Below, piece after piece: positions 1-10,300 of a stretch of 64,000 nt of DNA. Position numbers and translations under genes: made by a program. How positions within the stretch are numbered: position 1 is the first letter of the stretch; every line of letters starts with the position of its first letter. Location of the stretch: contig CABYBQ010000002.1 of NCBI GenBank assembly GCA_902517275.1, forward strand, positions 977-64,976, written 5' to 3'. The DNA comes from an uncultured SAR116 cluster alpha proteobacterium. Lineage in GTDB: Bacteria > Pseudomonadota > Alphaproteobacteria > Puniceispirillales > Marisalimonadaceae. The notes under the pieces were generated by a model. It had not been told where the DNA came from. It worked only from the letters and a program-made list of their open reading frames with translations, and did not search any database.

Positions 1-199
1 AAAAAACATATGTGAACTTTTTTGTGAAATTTTTTATAGTTTCAATAATAGTTTCAGAATCATCAGAAATTATTCTCGCCTCAATTAGCCTTACTCCAAT
101 ATTATTTAATTCGGTTGCAATCCAATTAATATTGGTATCTTTAGTCCTACCTGATAATATTTCATCACCTATTATTATAATACCTGCTGTTGAAACCAT
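1..199 (-). CDS. CinA-like molybdopterin-binding (MoCF_biosynth) domain protein, 5' part (runs off window edge)
   Basis: Hand translation from ATG at 199: MVSTAGIIIIGDEILSGRTKDTNINWIATELNNIGVRLIEARIISDD...; IGDEILSGRTxDTN is the family signature. Not in the ORF track. Confidence 0.88.
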   Translation of the reverse strand, partial: MVSTAGIIIIGDEILSGRTKDTNINWIATELNNIGVRLIEARIISDDSETIIETIKNFTKKFTYVF

Positions 200-282
200 A
201 AATAGTTACCTTTAAAAAAATTAATATTGTACGTAAGTAGTTATAATAATATATATAACATATAACTTAATAATTGGTCATA

Positions 283-1071
283 ATGAATAATCAAATTGAA
301 ATACATAATAAAAATGCATTTAAAAAAATGCATAATGCAGGTGCTTTAGCTGCAGATGTATTAGATTATATTACACAGTATGTGAAAAAAGGTGTTTCTA
401 CAGGACGATTAAATGATCTATGCCATGATTATATAATTAAAAATGACGCTGTACCTGCACCTCTTAATTATAGAGGTTTTCCAAAATCCACATGTATCTC
501 TGTGAATCATGTTGTTTGTCATGGTATACCTGGTGATAAAATTCTTGATGAAGGGGATATCTTAAATATTGATATTACCGTTATTCTAGACGGATGGTAT
601 GGAGACACTAGTAGGATGTATTTTGTAGGTGAACCCTCTAAAAAAGCAAAGTTTCTGACAAAGATCACATATGAATGTTTATGGTTAGGTATTGAAACTG
701 TAAAACCAGGCAGTACAACTGGTGATATAGGTCATGTAATTCAAATGCATGCAGAAAAAAATGGTCTATCAGTAGTTAGAGATTTTACTGGGCATGGTTT
801 AGGTAAGGTTTTTCACTCACCTCCAACAATTTTACATTATGGACAGCCAAATACTGGTGACACACTTGAAGAAGGAATGATATTTACAATAGAACCAATG
901 ATTAATTCAGGCAAATATGATGTTAAAATTTTGTCTGATGGGTGGACAGCTGTTACACGTGACAAAAGTTTATCTGCACAATTTGAGCATAGTATCGGGG
1001 TTACTGCTGATGGCTATGAGGTATTTACTATTTCTCCCAAAGGATATACACAACCTGAATATCCAATTTAA
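283..1071 (+). CDS. map: Methionine aminopeptidase type I
   Basis: CISVNHVVCHGIP, DITV..GWYGDTSR, GHGLG, FTIEPMIN, SAQFEHS motifs; ATG 283 preferred over TTG 274. Confidence 0.97.
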   Translation: MNNQIEIHNKNAFKKMHNAGALAADVLDYITQYVKKGVSTGRLNDLCHDYIIKNDAVPAPLNYRGFPKSTCISVNHVVCHGIPGDKILDEGDILNIDITVILDGWYGDTSRMYFVGEPSKKAKFLTKITYECLWLGIETVKPGSTTGDIGHVIQMHAEKNGLSVVRDFTGHGLGKVFHSPPTILHYGQPNTGDTLEEGMIFTIEPMINSGKYDVKILSDGWTAVTRDKSLSAQFEHSIGVTADGYEVFTISPKGYTQPEYPI

Positions 1072-1093
1072 CGATAAAAGCTTTTATAGAATG

Positions 1094-1261
1094 TTATTTT
1101 AATTTTTTTTCTAAAGTTTTTTTTATAGCTTTAGAGGTTTCTTTAATAACAGGTTTAGCCTTTTTATATGCTTTAAAAGCAACTTCTCCTGCCTTTTTTC
1201 TTGCTGTAGGATTAGTTGCTAAAATTTTGATCGTATTTTTTAGAATTGAACCAATAATCAT
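1094..1261 (-). CDS. Small Lys-rich hypothetical protein (55 aa)
   Basis: Hand-translated MIIGSILKNTIKILATNPTARKKAGEVAFKAYKKAKPVIKETSKAIKKTLEKKLK; fills the map-purB gap; GAGA upstream of the ATG. Confidence 0.62.
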   Translation of the reverse strand: MIIGSILKNTIKILATNPTARKKAGEVAFKAYKKAKPVIKETSKAIKKTLEKKLK

Positions 1262-1386
1262 AAAATCTCATATTAAAATTAAAAAGAAAATATATATATC
1301 TTAGTATATTTTTTAAGTATAAGGAAGTTGTATAAGATAATTTCTATTATTATTTTTGAATACAAACTACTTCACTAGGTTTTAAT

Positions 1387-2703
1387 ATGATTGAAAGATA
1401 TTCAAGAAAAGAAATGGTTCAAATTTGGTCTCCTAAAGAAAAATTTAATATTTGGTTCCAAATAGAAGCGCATGCTTGTGACGCCCAAGCTGAATTAGGG
1501 GTTATACCAAAAGAAGCAGCCAAAGTAATTTGGAAAAAAGGTAAATTTGATATAGATAAAATTGATGAGATTGAAAAAACAACTAAACACGATGTAATTG
1601 CTTTTTTAACAAATTTGGCTGAATATGTTGGAGAGGATGCCAGATTTATACATCAAGGAATGACATCATCTGATGTTCTTGACACTACTCTTTCAATACA
1701 ATTGAAAAAAGCATCTGATATTTTATTGAAAGATATCGATAAGTTGCTTGAAACACTAAAAAAACGCTCTCTTGAGCACAAAAAAACTGTGACTATTGGG
1801 AGATCACATGCTATTCACGCTGAACCAGTTACTTTTGGCTTAAAGTTAGCCGGATATTATGCTGAGTTTAAAAGAAATAAAAAAAGATTACTCGATGCCA
1901 AAAAAGAAATAAGCACATGCGCAATTTCTGGTGCTGTAGGCACTTTTGCACACATTGATCCATATGTAGAAAATTATGTTTCACAAAAATTAGGATTAAT
2001 TCCAGAAGAAGTTTCAACACAAATTATTCCAAGAGACAGACACGCAATGTTTTTTTCTACTCTTGGTGTAATAGCTTCGAGTGTTGAACGATTATCTACT
2101 GAAATCAGGCATCTCCAAAGAACAGAAGTAAGAGAAGCAGAAGAATATTTCTCTCAAGGTCAAAAAGGTTCAAGCGCTATGCCTCATAAAAGAAACCCCG
2201 TACTTACAGAAAATCTAACTGGACTTGCTAGATTAGTTAGATCTTGTGTAACACCAGCTTTAGAAAATGTAACATTGTGGCATGAACGAGATATTTCTCA
2301 TTCGTCTGTTGAAAGAATGATAGCTCCAGACGCGACAATAACTTTGGATTTTGCACTTTACAGGTTAAATAACGTTATTCAAAACTTGCTTATATATCCT
2401 AATACAATGCTATCTAATTTAGAAAAGTTGGGTGGTTTGGTTCATTCTCAACAAGTATTATTAGCACTTACTCAAAAAGGTGCAAGTAGAGAAAATGCTT
2501 ATGAAATGGTTCAGAGCAATGCGATGAAGGTTTGGGAAACTCCAGAGCATAAAAGAAAAAATGTTTATAAAGATTTACTTAAGAAGGATGCTAAAGTGTT
2601 AGAGTTTCTCAATGAACGGGAAATAGATGATTTATTTAATCTTGATCAACACTTTGTTCATGTAGACACAATCTTTGATAGAGTTTTTGGTAAAGAGGAA
2701 TAA
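1387..2703 (+). CDS. purB: Adenylosuccinate lyase
   Basis: GSSAMPHKRNP signature, TKHDVIAF, HQGMTSSD; start of pur cluster. Confidence 0.98.
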   Translation: MIERYSRKEMVQIWSPKEKFNIWFQIEAHACDAQAELGVIPKEAAKVIWKKGKFDIDKIDEIEKTTKHDVIAFLTNLAEYVGEDARFIHQGMTSSDVLDTTLSIQLKKASDILLKDIDKLLETLKKRSLEHKKTVTIGRSHAIHAEPVTFGLKLAGYYAEFKRNKKRLLDAKKEISTCAISGAVGTFAHIDPYVENYVSQKLGLIPEEVSTQIIPRDRHAMFFSTLGVIASSVERLSTEIRHLQRTEVREAEEYFSQGQKGSSAMPHKRNPVLTENLTGLARLVRSCVTPALENVTLWHERDISHSSVERMIAPDATITLDFALYRLNNVIQNLLIYPNTMLSNLEKLGGLVHSQQVLLALTQKGASRENAYEMVQSNAMKVWETPEHKRKNVYKDLLKKDAKVLEFLNEREIDDLFNLDQHFVHVDTIFDRVFGKEE

Positions 2704-2707
2704 TTTT

Positions 2708-3475
2708 ATGTCCAAAAAGAAAATTTTATATGAAGGAAAAGCCAAAACTATACTTGAAGGTCCTACTCCAGATACAGTAATACAATATTTCAAAGATGAT
2801 GCTACTGCAAATAATGCTGAAAAACACTCAATAATTAATGGAAAAGGAGTTTTAAATAATTCTATTTCGGATTTTTTAATGAATAGAATCAATGAGATTG
2901 GAATACCAACCCATTACATAAAAAAATTAAATATGAGGGAACAACTTGTAAGAAAAGTTGAAATTATTCCTGTTGAATTTGTTGTTAGAAACATTGCTGC
3001 TGGATCTATTTTAAAGAGATTAGGATTAAAAGAAGGTAGGGTTTTTTCCAGGCCTCTAATAGAGCATTATTTAAAAAAAGACGAATTAGGTGATCCTCTA
3101 ATTAATGAAGATCATATTGTTAATTTTGAATGGGCAACTCGCGATGAATTAGATGAAATGAATGAATATGGACTTCGTATAAATGATTTTCTAAGAGGAT
3201 TATTTTTAGGAATTGGTCTTAAACTTATAGACTTTAAAATCGAATTTGGCCGATATTATTCCGATGATGGTAATTCTATATTATTGTTAGCTGACGAAAT
3301 AAGTCCAGACAATTGTAGATTATGGGATGTAAGTACAAACCACAAAATGGATAAAGATTTATTTCGTCAAGATATAGGCGGTTTAAAAGAGGCATATCAA
3401 GAAGTTGCAGACAGATTAGGAATTCTTCCTGAAAAGAAAAAATACTCAAATGCTAAAACTGAAATTGTTAAATAA
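2708..3475 (+). CDS. purC: SAICAR synthase
   Basis: LYEGKAK, DFKIEFG, LADEISPDNCRLWD, DKDLFR; ATG 2708 lies just after the purB stop. Confidence 0.98.
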   Translation: MSKKKILYEGKAKTILEGPTPDTVIQYFKDDATANNAEKHSIINGKGVLNNSISDFLMNRINEIGIPTHYIKKLNMREQLVRKVEIIPVEFVVRNIAAGSILKRLGLKEGRVFSRPLIEHYLKKDELGDPLINEDHIVNFEWATRDELDEMNEYGLRINDFLRGLFLGIGLKLIDFKIEFGRYYSDDGNSILLLADEISPDNCRLWDVSTNHKMDKDLFRQDIGGLKEAYQEVADRLGILPEKKKYSNAKTEIVK

Positions 3476-3486
3476 AGAGAGCTTTA

Positions 3487-3732
3487 ATGAAAGTTGTAGT
3501 AAATATATCCCTTAAAGAAGGTGTGTTAGACCCAGAGGGACAAGCGATTAAAACCTCCTTATCAAACCTAGGTTTTGAAAATTTAAATGATGTACGGACT
3601 GGAAAACAAATTATTTTGAATTTTGTAAATTTAGAAGAGAATGAAGCTGTTTTAGAGGCTAAAAAAATGTGCGACGATTTGTTAGTAAATACTGTTATTG
3701 AAAAATATAAAATTAATATTTTAAGGAATTGA
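3487..3732 (+). CDS. purS: FGAM synthase subunit PurS
   Basis: LKEGVLDPEGQAI...LLVNTVIE; operon position. Confidence 0.96.
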   Translation: MKVVVNISLKEGVLDPEGQAIKTSLSNLGFENLNDVRTGKQIILNFVNLEENEAVLEAKKMCDDLLVNTVIEKYKINILRN

Positions 3733-3739
3733 TAAGACA

Positions 3740-4432
3740 GTGCGCTCAGGGGTTACAATATTTCCAGGGTCAAATTGTGATAGAGACATAATAGTTGCTC
3801 TAAAAAATATCACAGGTAAAGCACCTATTAAAATGTGGCATAAAGATACAGAATTTCCAAATTTAGATCTAATTGTAATTCCAGGGGGGTTTAGCTTTGG
3901 TGATTATCTTAGATGTGGAGCTTTAGCTGCAAGATCTCCAGTGATTAAAATTATTAAAAATCATATAAGTCGAGGTGGTGCTGTTCTTGGTGTATGTAAC
4001 GGATTTCAAATATTGATCGAAGCAGGAATACTTCCTGGTTCATTAATTAGAAATAAAAAATTACTTTTCACCTGTAGAGATACAATGTTAGAAATACAGG
4101 ACACCATTAAAAGTCCCTTTCTATCTGGTTTAAAAAAAGAGCATCATCTAAATATACCTATAGCTCATAACGAAGGTAATTTTTTTGCATCAGGAACACT
4201 CTTAAATGAATTGAAAAATGATGGAAGAATAGCTTTTAAATACATAAAAGAGGTGAATAATGATACTGATTATAATCCTAACGGTTCATCTAATGATATC
4301 GCGGGAATATTATCAAAAAATGGAAGAGTTTTGGGTATGATGCCTCACCCTGAGAGGGCCATTAACAATCTACATGGTGGAACAGATGGTTTGAAATTTC
4401 TTACCAAAAGTTTTGAACAAATAATTGGTTAA
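3740..4432 (+). CDS. purQ: FGAM synthase glutaminase subunit PurQ
   Basis: FPGSNCD, PGGFSFGDYLR, GVCNGFQ, GMMPHPER; GTG start. Confidence 0.98.
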   Translation: MRSGVTIFPGSNCDRDIIVALKNITGKAPIKMWHKDTEFPNLDLIVIPGGFSFGDYLRCGALAARSPVIKIIKNHISRGGAVLGVCNGFQILIEAGILPGSLIRNKKLLFTCRDTMLEIQDTIKSPFLSGLKKEHHLNIPIAHNEGNFFASGTLLNELKNDGRIAFKYIKEVNNDTDYNPNGSSNDIAGILSKNGRVLGMMPHPERAINNLHGGTDGLKFLTKSFEQIIG

Positions 4433-4435
4433 ATT

Positions 4436-6736
4436 ATGAAAATGTCAAATCAAACCCTTTACAATATAAATAAAAATGAATACCAAGTCCAGCAAGAAAG
4501 CACACTTGAAGATGCTACGGAAATGGGATTAACAGAGGATGAATTCAATTTAATTTGTAATAAAATAAAAAAAATTCCAAATATAACTGAGTTAGGTATT
4601 TTTTCGGCTATGTTTTCAGAACATTGTTCTTACAAAAGTTCAAAAAAATGGCTTAAAACTATGCCTACTAAAGCAAAGCACGTAATTCAAGGACCAGGGG
4701 AGAATGCTGGGGTCATCGATATTGGAGACAACCTAGCTGCTGTCTTTAAAATAGAATCTCATAACCATCCTTCATTTATAGAGCCATATCAAGGAGCTGC
4801 AACCGGTGTTGGAGGGATTTTAAGAGATGTTTTTACCATGGGCGCAAGACCCATTGCTTTATTAAATGCATTAAGATTTGGTTCTCCATCTGAACTCTTA
4901 ACAAAACATCTTGTCTCAGGAGTAGTAAAAGGAATTGGAGGTTATGGAAATTGTATTGGAATTCCTACAGTAGGAGGAGAAACAAACTTTGATAAATCAT
5001 ATGATGGAAATATCTTAGTAAATGCAATGGCAGTTGGCCTCGCAAATAAAAATAGAATATTTTACTCCGCGGCAACTGGGGCCGGCAACCCTGTTATATA
5101 TGTAGGAGCCAAAACTGGAAGAGATGGAATACATGGCGCCACGATGGCATCAACTGAATTTACAGATAATAGTTCTGAAAAAAGACCAACAGTTCAAGTA
5201 GGTGATCCTTTTACTGGAAAGTTACTCTTAGAGTCCTGTCTTGAATTAATGAGCACCGATGCCGTCTTATCTATTCAAGATATGGGAGCTGCTGGATTAA
5301 CAAGTTCAAGTGTTGAAATGGCTTCTAAAGGATCATTGGGCATGTATTTAAATCTAGATTTGGTTCCTACAAGAGAGGATAAAATGACCAGTTACGAAAT
5401 TATGCTCTCTGAAAGTCAAGAGAGAATGTTGATGATTTTAAAACCAGGTTCAGAAGAAAAGGCAAAATCAATTTTTGATAAATGGGATTTAGACTTTGCT
5501 GTTATAGGTGAAGTGACTAAAACAGGTAGACTTATTTTAGATAAAGATGGTTTTGAATCATGTAATATTCCGATCAACCCCCTTGTGGAAGATGCTCCTG
5601 AGTATGATCGACCTTATGAAATCATTCAAAATAAAAATACTATTAAAATAAATGAATTAAATATCAACTATACAGTAGATGAAATATTAACCAAAATTTT
5701 TGAAAATCCTAATATATCAAGTAAAAGGTGGATTTGGGAACAGTATGATAGCTCTGTAATGGGAGATACAATTTCTTCAAATGGCAAAAGTGATGCTTCC
5801 ATAGTTAAAATACATGGAACTGAAAATAGTAAAAGTCTTGGCAAAGGAATTGCCATGACAACTGATTGTACGCCAAGGTATGTAAAATCAGACCCAATTA
5901 ATGGAGGAATGCAAGCAGTATGTGAAGCAGCAAGAAATATTGCTGCCTCTGGAGCCAAACCTTTAGCAATTACAAATAATTTAAATTTTGGTAATCCTGA
6001 GAAAAAAAATATTATGGGTGAAATAGTAGGATCAATTAAAGGAATTTCTAAAGCTGCATCCTTTTTAAATACTCCAATTGTTTCTGGTAATGTTTCTCTT
6101 TATAATGAAACCAATGGGAAAGGGATTCTTCCAACACCAGTGATAGGTATGGTAGGTGTTATAGATGAGGTGGAAAATCGTTTAGAAATGAACGCAAAAG
6201 AAGACAATACTCTATTAGTTTTAGGTCAATCAGAAAATTTTACCGAAGGTTGGATTGGCTGTAGTGTTTATCAGGAAATAGAAAATAAGATAATTGACGC
6301 GGCTCCTCCTCCTGTTAATTTAGAAAAAGAAAAAAAAATCATCGACATATTATTACAATTACATACTAAAAACCTTTTGACAGCAGCACATGATATTTCT
6401 GATGGTGGTTTATTAACAACGATCTGTGAAATGTTATTTAAAAATAATTTAGGTTTAAATCTCAACCTACCTAAATCGTTCTTAAAGATTGATAGTAAAG
6501 ACCCTATACTTCACTCATGGTGTTTTGGTGAGGACCAAGGAAGAATTATAGTAGCTACCGATAAAATCGATAAAGTTAAATTTTGTTTAAAAGATAGTAA
6601 TTTAGATTATTTTGTTCTTGGGAAGACTAATGCAAGCAATAACTTGAATTTAAAAGATATTACTACTATATCTATCAAAGGTTTAAAAAACTCGTATGAA
6701 AGAATATTACCTTTAATAATGGGTAAACATAAATAA
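4436..6736 (+). CDS. purL: FGAM synthase subunit PurL (small type)
   Basis: [43 protein letters not shown]. Confidence 0.98.
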   Translation: MKMSNQTLYNINKNEYQVQQESTLEDATEMGLTEDEFNLICNKIKKIPNITELGIFSAMFSEHCSYKSSKKWLKTMPTKAKHVIQGPGENAGVIDIGDNLAAVFKIESHNHPSFIEPYQGAATGVGGILRDVFTMGARPIALLNALRFGSPSELLTKHLVSGVVKGIGGYGNCIGIPTVGGETNFDKSYDGNILVNAMAVGLANKNRIFYSAATGAGNPVIYVGAKTGRDGIHGATMASTEFTDNSSEKRPTVQVGDPFTGKLLLESCLELMSTDAVLSIQDMGAAGLTSSSVEMASKGSLGMYLNLDLVPTREDKMTSYEIMLSESQERMLMILKPGSEEKAKSIFDKWDLDFAVIGEVTKTGRLILDKDGFESCNIPINPLVEDAPEYDRPYEIIQNKNTIKINELNINYTVDEILTKIFENPNISSKRWIWEQYDSSVMGDTISSNGKSDASIVKIHGTENSKSLGKGIAMTTDCTPRYVKSDPINGGMQAVCEAARNIAASGAKPLAITNNLNFGNPEKKNIMGEIVGSIKGISKAASFLNTPIVSGNVSLYNETNGKGILPTPVIGMVGVIDEVENRLEMNAKEDNTLLVLGQSENFTEGWIGCSVYQEIENKIIDAAPPPVNLEKEKKIIDILLQLHTKNLLTAAHDISDGGLLTTICEMLFKNNLGLNLNLPKSFLKIDSKDPILHSWCFGEDQGRIIVATDKIDKVKFCLKDSNLDYFVLGKTNASNNLNLKDITTISIKGLKNSYERILPLIMGKHK

Positions 6737-6749
6737 TTTAGGTTTTAAC

Positions 6750-6986
6750 ATGGCTATGACAGCGGCTGAAATTGAGGAGCTTATTATTAAATCTTTCCCA
6801 GATGCAAAAGTTACTATTGATGACTTAAGAGGAGATGGAAATCATTATGCTGCTCAAATAGTCTCTGAACAATTTAGAGGATTAACGAGAGTACAGCAGC
6901 ATAAGATGGTTTATAGCGCTATGGACGGAAAAATGGGAAATGAGCTACATGCGTTAGCTTTAAATACATCAGCACCGAAAAATTAA
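6750..6986 (+). CDS. bolA: BolA family protein
   Basis: GDGNHY..F.GLTRVQQHKMVY..LHALAL; adjacent to grxD. Confidence 0.95.
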   Translation: MAMTAAEIEELIIKSFPDAKVTIDDLRGDGNHYAAQIVSEQFRGLTRVQQHKMVYSAMDGKMGNELHALALNTSAPKN

Positions 6987-6998
6987 AGGAGACCTATA

Positions 6999-7325
6999 AT
7001 GGAACAAGATACAAAAGAAAAAATCGAAAATATAATAAATGATAACGAAGTATTATTATTTATGAAGGGCACCCCAGTGATGCCTCAATGTGGCTTTTCG
7101 GCTGCTGTAGTTGGTGTTTTAAGCCATATGGGTATAAAGTTTAATAGTGTAAATGTTCTTGAAGATCATGAAATAAGAGAAGGAATAAAGGAATTTTCAG
7201 ACTGGCCAACTATACCACAACTTTATGTTAAAAAAGAATTTGTAGGTGGTTGTGACATAATTAGAGAAATGCATGAAAATGGGGAGCTTACTGAATATTT
7301 CCAAAAAGCAGGAATAAACTCTTAA
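6999..7325 (+). CDS. grxD: Monothiol glutaredoxin (Grx4)
   Basis: [24 protein letters not shown]; AAGGAG RBS. Confidence 0.97.
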   Translation: MEQDTKEKIENIINDNEVLLFMKGTPVMPQCGFSAAVVGVLSHMGIKFNSVNVLEDHEIREGIKEFSDWPTIPQLYVKKEFVGGCDIIREMHENGELTEYFQKAGINS

Positions 7326-7338
7326 TTAAATAATTTTG

Positions 7339-7362
7339 AAACGCAATATTACATTGCGTTTT
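7339..7362. terminator. Probable bidirectional intrinsic terminator between convergent grxD and rpsD
   Basis: Perfect 9-bp inverted repeat AAACGCAAT (7339-7347) / ATTGCGTTT (7353-7361) with a 5-nt loop. Confidence 0.7.
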
Positions 7363-7370
7363 GTGAATTT

Positions 7371-7997
7371 TTAACGTGAGTAAAACTCAATAACTAAGTT
7401 AGTTTCCATTTGCACAGGATATGGCACATCATCAGGCATAGGTATTCTTACAAGTGAACCAGTAAACTTTGAATGATCAACTTCTACGTATTCAGGAACA
7501 TCTCTTTCTGGTAATGTTGTAGCTTCAATAACAGCAGGAATACCTTTAGCCTTTTCTTTTAATGCTATGACTTCACCAACATTGATCATTCTTGAAGGAA
7601 TGTTACATCTACTTCCATTAACCATGACATGACCATGATTTATTAATTGTCTACATGCAAAAACTGTTGGAGCCAACTTCATCCGGTATAAAATAGCGTC
7701 TAGTCTACATTCTAAAATACCAATTAAATTAGCTCCAGTATCACCCTTTTTTCTAACAGCAGCAGTGTAATATTTTTTAAACTGTTTTTCACCTATGTTA
7801 CCATAATAACCTTTTAATTTCTGTTTTGCCATTAATTGAACGCCAAAATCTGTAGGTTTTTTTCTTCTCTGACCATGTTGACCTGGAGCGTATTCTCTAT
7901 CATTTAAAGGAGATTTTGGTCTTCCCCATAAATTAACTCCTAATCTTCTGTCTATTTTATGTTTTGAACTTGTTCTTTTATGATCTGACTTAGGCAT
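7371..7997 (-). CDS. rpsD: 30S ribosomal protein S4
   Basis: [42 protein letters not shown] (alphaproteobacterial type). Confidence 0.99.
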   Translation of the reverse strand: MPKSDHKRTSSKHKIDRRLGVNLWGRPKSPLNDREYAPGQHGQRRKKPTDFGVQLMAKQKLKGYYGNIGEKQFKKYYTAAVRKKGDTGANLIGILECRLDAILYRMKLAPTVFACRQLINHGHVMVNGSRCNIPSRMINVGEVIALKEKAKGIPAVIEATTLPERDVPEYVEVDHSKFTGSLVRIPMPDDVPYPVQMETNLVIEFYSR

Positions 7998-8139
7998 ATT
8001 TTAAACCTTTTTATCTACTACTAAGAAAGTAGTTAATTATTCCAATCAGAAGTTAAAACTTCGGGATAAATAACACCACGTTATAATCCACATTATCGGA
8101 ACTGAGACTGAAAAATACTATTTAAATGTTAAAAGTCAA
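7998..8139 (-). promoter_or_regulatory. rpsD promoter and candidate structured 5' leader
   Basis: TTGACT -35-like hexamer (8139-8134) followed by three potential hairpins at 8083-8096, 8037-8069 and 8017-8033. Confidence 0.4.
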
Positions 8140-8897
8140 GTACGATTTGAACTTCCTGATAAGGATCTAATGATTCCATGAAGTGTCCTCAAATCCTGAT
8201 GGGTTAAAGACGCTCTGTTAAATAAACTTCTTATGTTTCTTTTCACAACAGGCGCCATTTCTGGTGAGTGGAAAAAACCAGACTTACTGAGTAAATGATC
8301 TAATTGTTGATAAAAATACTCTCTGTCGCCAACATTAGAAATTTCGGTGCTTTTTTTTAATTTTTTGTTTACTTTTATAGGTGAATTATCATCTTTGAAA
8401 TGAGACATCTTAACCTTATTCCATTCCCAACAAATCAACAATACTGCTTGAGATAAATTTAAAGATGAAAAGTTTTGGTTTAGTGGAATTGAAATAGTAT
8501 AATCTGCTTGTACTACATCGTCATTTGATAAACCTGACTGTTCAGGACCAAAAAGAAAACCTACTTTTCCACCATTAACAGCATGATGAAAAGATTTATC
8601 TATTGCTTCAAATACATCTAAAGATTTTGTGCCAATAACACGTTTTCTAGCAGTAGTAGCAAATAATAAAGAAATATCTTTAGTGGCTTCTTCTAAAGAT
8701 TTATAAACATTTGTTTTATTTAATACGTCATCAGCTCCAGCTGAAATAGCATATGCAGAGCTGTTTGGCCAGCCATCTCTTGGTTCTATCAATCTAAGCT
8801 TTTCGATACCAAAATTTTTCATTGCTCGAGCTGTAGAACCTATATTTTCTCCAAGTTGTGGCTTAGACAAAATTATATTAGGAGTTAAATCAATCAT
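8136..8897 (-). CDS. trmJ: tRNA/rRNA SPOUT methyltransferase, TrmJ/LasT family
   Basis: PQLGENIGSTARAMKNFG, ATTARKR, FGPEQSGLSN, FSSLNLSQAV; ATG 8897 preferred. Confidence 0.93.
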   Translation of the reverse strand: MIDLTPNIILSKPQLGENIGSTARAMKNFGIEKLRLIEPRDGWPNSSAYAISAGADDVLNKTNVYKSLEEATKDISLLFATTARKRVIGTKSLDVFEAIDKSFHHAVNGGKVGFLFGPEQSGLSNDDVVQADYTISIPLNQNFSSLNLSQAVLLICWEWNKVKMSHFKDDNSPIKVNKKLKKSTEISNVGDREYFYQQLDHLLSKSGFFHSPEMAPVVKRNIRSLFNRASLTHQDLRTLHGIIRSLSGSSNRT

Positions 8898-8911
8898 ATA
8901 AGGACATATAT

Positions 8912-10285
8912 TTAATTTTTTCTCCATATCGTTTTATCTGCTCTATCTTCTAATACGATATCGAGTTTAAGTAATTTCTCTCTTATTTGATCTGCTTTAG
9001 AATAATCTTTGCTATCTTTAGCAGTTTTACGTTCTAGTATAAGTTCTTCAATTTCTTTTTCGGTTATAGAGATTTCAAATCTTTGACTTTGATTCAATTC
9101 TTTTCGAAACTTAAACCATTCTTCAGTCGATTGAGATAAAATACCTAAAAGTTTACTAGAGTTTTTTAATTTTTGAGCACACTCTTTACTTCCTTTATTC
9201 GCTTCATCAGTTAGATGATGAGCTCTGGCAAGAGCTTTAGGAGTGTTTATATCATCACATAGATTAATAATAAGTTCCTCATCTGGGTTACCATTAACTT
9301 CAAAGCCATCAACAGCTCTGTATAGTCTAGACAATGACTTTTTAGCTTCTACCAAAGATTTTTTACTAAAGCTAAGGGGTGCTCTGTAATGAGCTTGCAA
9401 TAGAGCATATCTTATAGCTTCACCGTCGAAATGAAAAAGAAGTTCATTAATCGTAGTAAAGTTTGCAAGTGACTTTGACATTTTTTCACCATCAGAAGTT
9501 ACATAACCATTATGAAGCCAAAAATTAGCCATAACTTCTGAATCATTTGCACAACAAGATTGAGCAATTTCATTCTCATGGTGCGGAAAAATTAAATCTA
9601 AACCACCTGCGTGTATATCAAACTGCTCACCTAAATACTTTTTGCTCATAGCAGAACATTCAATATGCCAACCCGGTCGTCCTCTTCCCCAAGGACTATC
9701 CCAACCTGGTAAATCCTCTGTAGAAGGTTTCCATAGAATGAAGTCTCCTGGTTTATCTTTATATTTTGCAATATCAACTCTTGAACCTGATATCATATCC
9801 TTGAGCGATCTTCCTGATAACATTCCATATTTTTTAAATTTTCCAACCGAAAAAAGAACATTTCCTGAAGAAACATAAGCAAACTGTTTTGAAATTAATA
9901 TTTCAATCATATCAATTATTTCATTAATGTGATCTGTAGCCCTTGGTTCAAAATCAGGATTTAAATTACCTAATGATTTACAATCGTAATGAAAATTTTT
10001 TATCGTCTCTTTAGTCAATTCCGATATTTGTATTTCTTTCTCAGTCGCTCTTTTGTTGATTTTGTCATCAATGTCAGTGATATTTCTAACATAAGTAACT
10101 TTAGGATACATTGTTCTAAGTAATCGAACTAAAACATCAAATACAACTAAGGGTCTTGCGTTACCAATATGAATAAAATCATAAACTGTAGGTCCACATG
10201 CGTACATTCTAACATTATTTTTATCAATGGGATTAAAAACAGATGTTTTTTTTTCAAGGGTATTATATAAATATAAGTTATTCAT
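8912..10285 (-). CDS. cysS: Cysteine-tRNA ligase
   Basis: YACGPTVY, HIGNARP, GRPGWHIECSAM, FPHHENE, KMSKS. Confidence 0.99.
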   Translation of the reverse strand: MNNLYLYNTLEKKTSVFNPIDKNNVRMYACGPTVYDFIHIGNARPLVVFDVLVRLLRTMYPKVTYVRNITDIDDKINKRATEKEIQISELTKETIKNFHYDCKSLGNLNPDFEPRATDHINEIIDMIEILISKQFAYVSSGNVLFSVGKFKKYGMLSGRSLKDMISGSRVDIAKYKDKPGDFILWKPSTEDLPGWDSPWGRGRPGWHIECSAMSKKYLGEQFDIHAGGLDLIFPHHENEIAQSCCANDSEVMANFWLHNGYVTSDGEKMSKSLANFTTINELLFHFDGEAIRYALLQAHYRAPLSFSKKSLVEAKKSLSRLYRAVDGFEVNGNPDEELIINLCDDINTPKALARAHHLTDEANKGSKECAQKLKNSSKLLGILSQSTEEWFKFRKELNQSQRFEISITEKEIEELILERKTAKDSKDYSKADQIREKLLKLDIVLEDRADKTIWRKN

Positions 10286-10300
10286 AGTAACAACCACTCT

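Noticed and set aside
12-215. 67-aa + strand ORF in the track
   Set aside because: Antisense shadow of the CinA-like gene on the minus strand
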